Shown here: piece by piece, positions 58,706 to 64,000 of the stretch
How positions within the stretch are numbered: position 1 is the first letter of the stretch
Layout: every line of letters starts with the position of its first letter
Notes under the pieces: model-generated
The model's input: only the letters and a program-made list of their open reading frames with translations
What the model was told of the DNA's origin: nothing
Database searches by the model: none
Position numbers and translations under genes: made by a program
IMG/VR virus record: IMGVR_UViG_2937164673_000001
Reading direction: 5' to 3' (one strand)
From: an uncultured virus (IMG/VR IMGVR_UViG_2937164673_000001)
Lineage: Duplodnaviria; Heunggongvirae; Uroviricota; Caudoviricetes
DNA: 64,000 nt

Positions 58706-60187
58706 TTGCTATATAAAAATGTAGATCTATAAAAAGAATATTCATATTTTCTTTCTTATTTTATTTACTACCGTCAACACCAGCATTCCCATATCCTACT
58801 AAGAGGGTAATGACATCGACCAGCTCTGATAGCTTAAGGACCTAGCCAGCCCCGTTATTTTTATTTATTCCGCTAAGGCTAATAAATTCATTACAGCATT
58901 TTCATCTCTGTCCTTAATTGCACCACATTCATAACAAATATATTCATTATGCTTAGTTCTGTGCTTTTTATTTCCATTAAGACAAACTTTTTCTTCCCCA
59001 GTTTTAATATATCCACAACTAGAACATCGTTGGGTGCTAGGATAATATTGATCAGCTAAAATAATTTCTTTACCATACCAATCACATTTGTATTTCAATA
59101 CTTCTCTAAAATAGCCAAACATGGACCGATGCATTCCTTTAGAGGCAACATGTGACATTTGCATCTTTTTTACGTCTAAATCTTCAATTACAATTTTGTC
59201 ATAATCAGTAACCAATTTAGTCGTAAACTTTTGTACAATGTCATGTTGGATATTTGCCACCTTATCGTAATCACGTTGTAACTTGGCTTTCGTTTTAACG
59301 TAGTTATTACTTTGAGTGGCTAACTTCCCATTGACGATACGCTTCTTACTTAAGCACTGTTGATAGTGCTTGATACGACCGTATAATCTTTGTAATTTCT
59401 TAGGCAATGTATTAATCTTTCCATCAGTATAGTTAATGTGCCCAACATTAAGATCAATTGCTGTACTACTTTTTGTTTTTCTCTTTTGTCTAATAGATTT
59501 AACTTCAAATGTAAGACTCGCCCAATATTTATTTCCCTTACGAGTAACAGAAGTTAATTTCAATTTTCCTTCTATCCTCTTAAGTCCCTTTATTCGAATT
59601 GGGAACCAATTATCAGCATTTATGCTTCTGGGTTTATCTAAAAACAAAGCTCGTCCTACCAATCTCGCGTTATCGGTTTTAAATCCCTGTTTATTAGACT
59701 TTTTATATTTAAATTGTGGCTTACCCCAATCGGGTAATGTTTGATTTAGATAGTTCTTCCAGGCAACTCCTAAATCAAAGATAGCTAATTGCAAACATCG
59801 TGATGATAATTGATATTGCCAGTCCTCTTTATTAGCAACTAACTCATCACGTACTTTTCTTGCGTTGGGACGTAATTTCTTATCATTCATAATCACTGAT
59901 TCATCATACATATCGTTCCACAAAGCAAGTCCTTGATTCCAGCAATATCGTCGGTAGTCGCATAAATCGTCTAGGACTTTTTTCATCGTCAAATTAGGGT
60001 AAAGTCGTACCTTTTGTGTACAAATCGCAGTATTATTCATCGTATCAATGCCACCTCCTTTTTAAACATTATCTATCCTGCCGCAAAGAAGGATAAAGTG
60101 CAACATCAATACGATTAAACTTTAGAATCAATATAACCGAAATAACTGAACATTCTTTATTAATATGACTACATTTCTCTCTCGTAC
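58706..60187 (-). mobile_element. TnpB-only IS607/IS605-group element (ends approximate)
   Basis: tnpB without tnpA; structured 3' region (omegaRNA-like); imperfect inverted subterminal motif AAATGTAG...AAAGAAT(G/A)TTCA at both ends. Confidence 0.7.
58865..60040 (-). CDS. tnpB: RNA-guided endonuclease TnpB
   Basis: N-terminal HTH, RuvC AIDLN / VIEDL / DRDENA all intact, Zn ribbon CSSC...CYEC. Confidence 0.93.
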   Translation of the reverse strand: MNNTAICTQKVRLYPNLTMKKVLDDLCDYRRYCWNQGLALWNDMYDESVIMNDKKLRPNARKVRDELVANKEDWQYQLSSRCLQLAIFDLGVAWKNYLNQTLPDWGKPQFKYKKSNKQGFKTDNARLVGRALFLDKPRSINADNWFPIRIKGLKRIEGKLKLTSVTRKGNKYWASLTFEVKSIRQKRKTKSSTAIDLNVGHINYTDGKINTLPKKLQRLYGRIKHYQQCLSKKRIVNGKLATQSNNYVKTKAKLQRDYDKVANIQHDIVQKFTTKLVTDYDKIVIEDLDVKKMQMSHVASKGMHRSMFGYFREVLKYKCDWYGKEIILADQYYPSTQRCSSCGYIKTGEEKVCLNGNKKHRTKHNEYICYECGAIKDRDENAVMNLLALAE

Positions 60188-60198
60188 TTAGTCACTAC

Positions 60199-60229
60199 AA
60201 CTAAATAGGGAGTCGAACCCCATTCAGCT
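60199..60229 (-). other. 12-bp stem with TTCGACT T-loop (tRNA minihelix-like), copy 2
   Basis: AGCTGAATGGGG-TTCGACT-CCCTATTTAGTT, 6 nt after the capsid stop. Confidence 0.7.
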
Positions 60230-60235
60230 AAACGA

Positions 60236-61219
60236 TTAGCCTAGGTTGGCCATACCGTATACTTTCATTTGAAGAGCCATAATTCCAATCCGTTCGATCG
60301 TCTTAAAGCCCATTTGTAAATCGTTACGTCCTGTGTAAGCAGGTTCAATTGTAATAGCATCACCTTCCATGACTACACCAACAATCTTTTCACCTTCTGG
60401 AAGAATCAAAAGCTTGTTGTCATCAAGGGCAAAATCATCCTTATTAACATTAAATGCTTGTGGGATTTCATTTAACTTCAAACCACGCACAACACCAAGG
60501 TAACCCTTTTGATTTAATTCATCTTTCATTGATCCTGAGTAAAGGTTTACATTAGCCATTTCTGCTAATTTACTTAAAGCAGCCTTAGTGCCGTAAACTT
60601 CTACATTGCTGTTAGACTTAACTTGAATTCGTTCTGCTAGTTTAACAATTTGATCAAGAGTTGCTTTACCAGTGATCTTGTCAGTTGCGTCAAGTAATGA
60701 GTAACTATCATTTAACGCTCCTGCAATAGTTGCTTGAATGTGGTTAGTAAATGCTTGCGCAACCCGATCGATTAAGTCACTCCAATCAATTGTTCCAGTC
60801 ATGAATTGATGAAGTTCTGTGTATACAGATACACCAAAGTCTTCTGTTTCAATTGAGTAATGAGTGTCCTTAATTGTTTGCCGACGAATATCTTGGTCAC
60901 CGGCAGCTACACGACCAACTCGAATAGCCTTTGGATCTTTCACTTGGAAAATTGGCTTTTCACCAAGTGAAACTGTACGAACATCGGCAATGTTTGTAAA
61001 TTGATCAGTTAACAAACGTGGAACAACAGCATCAACTGCTTCTGAAATCAATTCGAAAACATCGTACTTATTCTTACCCCATGAAGTTGGAGTAAATTCG
61101 CCACCAAGAGCATCTAAAATAGCGTTACGCATTGCTTCTTGACCTGACACTTCGCCCTTTGTAAATTCCTTGTGGAAGTAGAGGTCGCGAGCAAATTTCA
61201 TAAAATCATTCTTTTCCAT
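60236..61219 (-). CDS. Major capsid protein
   Basis: 327 aa, after the protease/scaffold and decoration genes; VFELISEAVD...GTIDWSDLI...YGTKAAL pattern. Confidence 0.85.
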   Translation of the reverse strand: MEKNDFMKFARDLYFHKEFTKGEVSGQEAMRNAILDALGGEFTPTSWGKNKYDVFELISEAVDAVVPRLLTDQFTNIADVRTVSLGEKPIFQVKDPKAIRVGRVAAGDQDIRRQTIKDTHYSIETEDFGVSVYTELHQFMTGTIDWSDLIDRVAQAFTNHIQATIAGALNDSYSLLDATDKITGKATLDQIVKLAERIQVKSNSNVEVYGTKAALSKLAEMANVNLYSGSMKDELNQKGYLGVVRGLKLNEIPQAFNVNKDDFALDDNKLLILPEGEKIVGVVMEGDAITIEPAYTGRNDLQMGFKTIERIGIMALQMKVYGMANLG

Positions 61220-61239
61220 TAATTTACCTCGTTTCCTTA

Positions 61240-61680
61240 TTAGCGAATTGCGATTACAAACATGTCGCCGTAAAAGCCTTGATGTTCTTCGCCAATAATT
61301 TGAGCGATACCGCGATTTTCTACCTTCTTGAAACCTAATCCATTGTCACCAATGGTTAAGCTGTCACCCTTCTTAGCTCCAACAACTAAATCCTTAGTTA
61401 CAGAGATGACGTCACCAGAAATCATGTGGAACCCACGTCCTGTTTGACCTGCCTTAGTTACGTAATCTGCAAAATTTGTGTTAGGGTCATACTTAGTAAA
61501 ACTAGTTACAAGAAGTACGTCTGCTGTTTCTTCATTTGTTGCCTTTGTTGCTAAACGACGTTCACCGTCTGCATCAAGAAGACCTAAAGTTAACCATTGA
61601 CCGTTCTTTAGGTCTTCTCTGGCCACAACGCTATCAATATGCGCAGTAGCACTAATCTTGTCTAAAATAACTTCAGCCAT
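61240..61680 (-). CDS. Capsid decoration/cement-like protein
   Basis: 146 aa between scaffold and capsid; LKNGQW...GDVISVT. Confidence 0.6.
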   Translation of the reverse strand: MAEVILDKISATAHIDSVVAREDLKNGQWLTLGLLDADGERRLATKATNEETADVLLVTSFTKYDPNTNFADYVTKAGQTGRGFHMISGDVISVTKDLVVGAKKGDSLTIGDNGLGFKKVENRGIAQIIGEEHQGFYGDMFVIAIR

Positions 61681-61705
61681 TCTTTAACCTCTTTCTATCA
61701 TTTGA

Positions 61706-63391
61706 TTAATATCGTTTACGGAACAGGTCATCTGCCGTTCCGTAGCCAAAATCACTCTCTTGCTTAGTATTGAAGTTCGTGGTCCGAACCCCTCCACGCT
61801 TGGAGTGCATAAATTCTTGTTTATTAGCTGAGTACATTGCGTAGGCAATTTCTCGTTTAACGTCTTCTACAGACATTTCGGTAAACTTGCCCCGAATATT
61901 CTTCATTTGTTCAGCTGTTAATAAAGCCCTAACCTCGTCCAATGCCTTCTCTTTCTGAGACATTTCGATGTTGTTCTTGTACTCAGTAAGTTCAGCGATC
62001 TTAGTTTCTAAATCAGCTAACTTCGCACGATTATTCTCAATCTTGTTTTTCTCTTCTTGAGTGACATACATTGAGAAAATCTCTGTTTTATCACCCAATT
62101 TGATTGAGTCATCAGCATTAACGCTGTATGCGATGCGGAACAATTGTCTGTTATCGTCAGACCAGTTAACGAATCTGAAAATTCCATAATCTTCAAAAAT
62201 TTCTACCGGCCAAATATCTTGAACGACTGTTCCGTCTACATACTTTTGGTAAACCGCATCTCCCAAACTATGTTCGCGATCAGAAAGGCTTAATTCGAAC
62301 TGTGCTTTCTTCTTTTTCTTGCTTGAACCACAGGCGAACTTCTTATCTTCCTTATCGTCTTCCGCATCATCGGAGTCTGGTTCATCGTCCTCTTCGCCCT
62401 TTTTGAAAGCGCTTTCATTTTTGTTTAAAATATTAGTGTCTTTGTCGTTCTTATCACTAGACATTTGCGCACTCTCATCGTCAACGTCTTCATGTTCCTC
62501 AGTTGTCGGTTCAGCACTTGGTTCATTTGTAGAAGCCTTACCTGATGTAGAGCTGTCTGCTGAAGCAGGACTAGCCTTTGTCTTATCCTCTGCTTTTGCA
62601 GGTTCTGCGGCTGTTTTAGAAGCGCTACTGGTATTAGCTGATGAGGCTGGCGTAGCTGATTTTGCCGGTTCAGTACTTGCAGAACTTTCTGGTTCTGTAA
62701 CCGTTGTTGCTACTGCCGGTTCATCATTTTGCTTTTTCTTAGTTGCCAAAGCTTTTTCTCCTTTCTCAGCCGAAAATTCGGCCAACATTTCTTCGAAAGT
62801 TGACTTAAAGTCTTGCTTACTAAATACTGTCGATACCGTTGAACCAGTCATTGCAGGCGGAACATCGTCGCCAAGAATACATAATCCAGTAAATACAGCA
62901 TTGGTAAATACTAATCTTCCGCGATTATCTGTATAGCCTTCAACGTCTCCCACTTCCATTGACTGTCCTTTAGAACCACTCGCATCATTGAATAGTTCTA
63001 TGGCATCAATAAATCTTGTCCAAAGATAACCATCAGTAACTAGCCATTCTTTACCACCAGTTATCTCAAAATGAGCGTTGTTATCTTCTGGAACAAACCC
63101 ATACGCATGAGTATTAAACTTAATTTTGAATTTTCCGTCTTCTAACGATATATTCTTCTCATGACCCCTGAAATCTTTATCACCGTTATCTTTTTCACTA
63201 ATCAATCCTAAAATTGGAATATGTGATAGAGAGGGAATCATATTTTCAAGAACTTCTCGTGAGAAAATTGATTTATTTAAGTTTTCTCCTGTATGAGCGA
63301 TATAAATTTTCACCTTTTGAAATCTCGAATCATTGCTACTCTCAATTTCTTCAAAGTGAGTCGGTAAATTTACCGTTGTTACATCAATCAT
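61706..63391 (-). CDS. Prohead protease/scaffold fusion
   Basis: AHTGENLN, GYLW, QSMEV and GLCILGDDVPPAM; low-complexity linker; coiled-coil C-terminus. Confidence 0.8.
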   Translation of the reverse strand: MIDVTTVNLPTHFEEIESSNDSRFQKVKIYIAHTGENLNKSIFSREVLENMIPSLSHIPILGLISEKDNGDKDFRGHEKNISLEDGKFKIKFNTHAYGFVPEDNNAHFEITGGKEWLVTDGYLWTRFIDAIELFNDASGSKGQSMEVGDVEGYTDNRGRLVFTNAVFTGLCILGDDVPPAMTGSTVSTVFSKQDFKSTFEEMLAEFSAEKGEKALATKKKQNDEPAVATTVTEPESSASTEPAKSATPASSANTSSASKTAAEPAKAEDKTKASPASADSSTSGKASTNEPSAEPTTEEHEDVDDESAQMSSDKNDKDTNILNKNESAFKKGEEDDEPDSDDAEDDKEDKKFACGSSKKKKKAQFELSLSDREHSLGDAVYQKYVDGTVVQDIWPVEIFEDYGIFRFVNWSDDNRQLFRIAYSVNADDSIKLGDKTEIFSMYVTQEEKNKIENNRAKLADLETKIAELTEYKNNIEMSQKEKALDEVRALLTAEQMKNIRGKFTEMSVEDVKREIAYAMYSANKQEFMHSKRGGVRTTNFNTKQESDFGYGTADDLFRKRY

Positions 63392-63404
63392 TTTTTAACC
63401 TCAC

Positions 63405-64000
63405 CTATGCGGCATCACTCAAACGATCAGTATCATCAGTTGGATTATCCGTTTCTGGTCGTCCTACGTTGCCTTTATTTGGATTATTTATATTGCTATT
63501 AGGTGATTTGACTACTGTCTTCCCACTACCTGTTGAAGATTCTTTGCTTGATATGGTATTTGACGTTGGCTTAACGACCATAATCGAATCAATATCAAGT
63601 GCTTGTTGTTCAAAGGTTAATTGAGAGATTATTTGATCTGGTGTAAATCCAACAGAAGCCAAATAATCAAGCCTTGAACCACCGTAGCTTAGTTGATCTT
63701 TATAATTAGCAATATCTTCTTTTAAGGTGAAGTTTGATTCTCTAATGAACTTCAGGTTCCATGGAATCTTACTTTTTGTTTTTACCTGGCTGAGTTCAAA
63801 GTTGTAATAAGCTTCCAACATTGGAAATAGATTTGTATAAATCCAATTTGAATCCTTTTTAACAGACTCTTTTACGATGTTAGAACTCGTTGTTTTCCCA
63901 CCGAATAATGATGAGCTAATACCCAGGTCATAAAATAATTGTTCTAATCCATTGTTTACAGTATCGTAAATTCCTTCATTACCCGATCCTTTTAAGGGAA
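63405..64000 (-). CDS. Portal protein, C-terminal part
   Basis: Frame open to the window edge (…LGISSSLFGG…); C-terminal GRP motif; precedes the protease. Confidence 0.7.
   Translation of the reverse strand, partial: PLKGSGNEGIYDTVNNGLEQLFYDLGISSSLFGGKTTSSNIVKESVKKDSNWIYTNLFPMLEAYYNFELSQVKTKSKIPWNLKFIRESNFTLKEDIANYKDQLSYGGSRLDYLASVGFTPDQIISQLTFEQQALDIDSIMVVKPTSNTISSKESSTGSGKTVVKSPNSNINNPNKGNVGRPETDNPTDDTDRLSDAA

Larger units (their letters stand above)
3500..64000. mobile_element. Large SPbeta-like siphovirus prophage, continuing beyond the window
   Basis: Portal-protease/scaffold-decoration-capsid block, tail genes, tyrosine recombinase beside the tape measure, DnaE/primase/ligase/thymidine kinase; nearly all genes are on one strand. 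Confidence 0.93.

Noticed and set aside
62319..62936. 205-aa plus-strand ORF
   Set aside because: Antisense shadow of the low-complexity scaffold linker

Overview
Low-GC Firmicutes DNA; the gene content looks like a Limosilactobacillus-type lactobacillus (inference). Bases 1-~3490 are host chromosome: a partial membrane GGDEF-type gene, a PgaD-like gene, a PgaC/IcaA-like GT2 gene and a degenerate EAL gene. From ~3500 to the end lies about 60 kb of a large SPbeta-like siphoviral prophage, read almost entirely on the minus strand. It carries a small tyrosine recombinase, accessory genes, and a replication block (ligase, intron-split DnaE, PD-(D/E)XK nuclease, primase). It also carries an endolysin, tail/baseplate genes, a 2991-aa tape measure, a second tyrosine recombinase, holins, a 2279-aa fibre, major tail, head-tail, capsid, protease/scaffold and a partial portal. 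Highlights: (1) a 28-bp dif-like site at the host/phage junction plus a stand-alone FtsK-gamma protein, suggesting possible Xer exploitation; (2) a baseplate protein fused to a flagellinolysin-like HExxH metalloprotease; (3) an endonuclease gene split by a ~630-bp inversion between 8-bp inverted repeats, which re-joins in frame when flipped; (4) a group I intron in dnaE with mappable splice sites and an RBS-occluding alternative fold; (5) a type I toxin-antitoxin-like locus; (6) a 26-bp operator-like element at three promoters; (7) 12-bp T-loop minihelices after the capsid and major tail genes; (8) a TnpB-only element in the head operon. All family calls come from motif recognition by eye; no searches were run.
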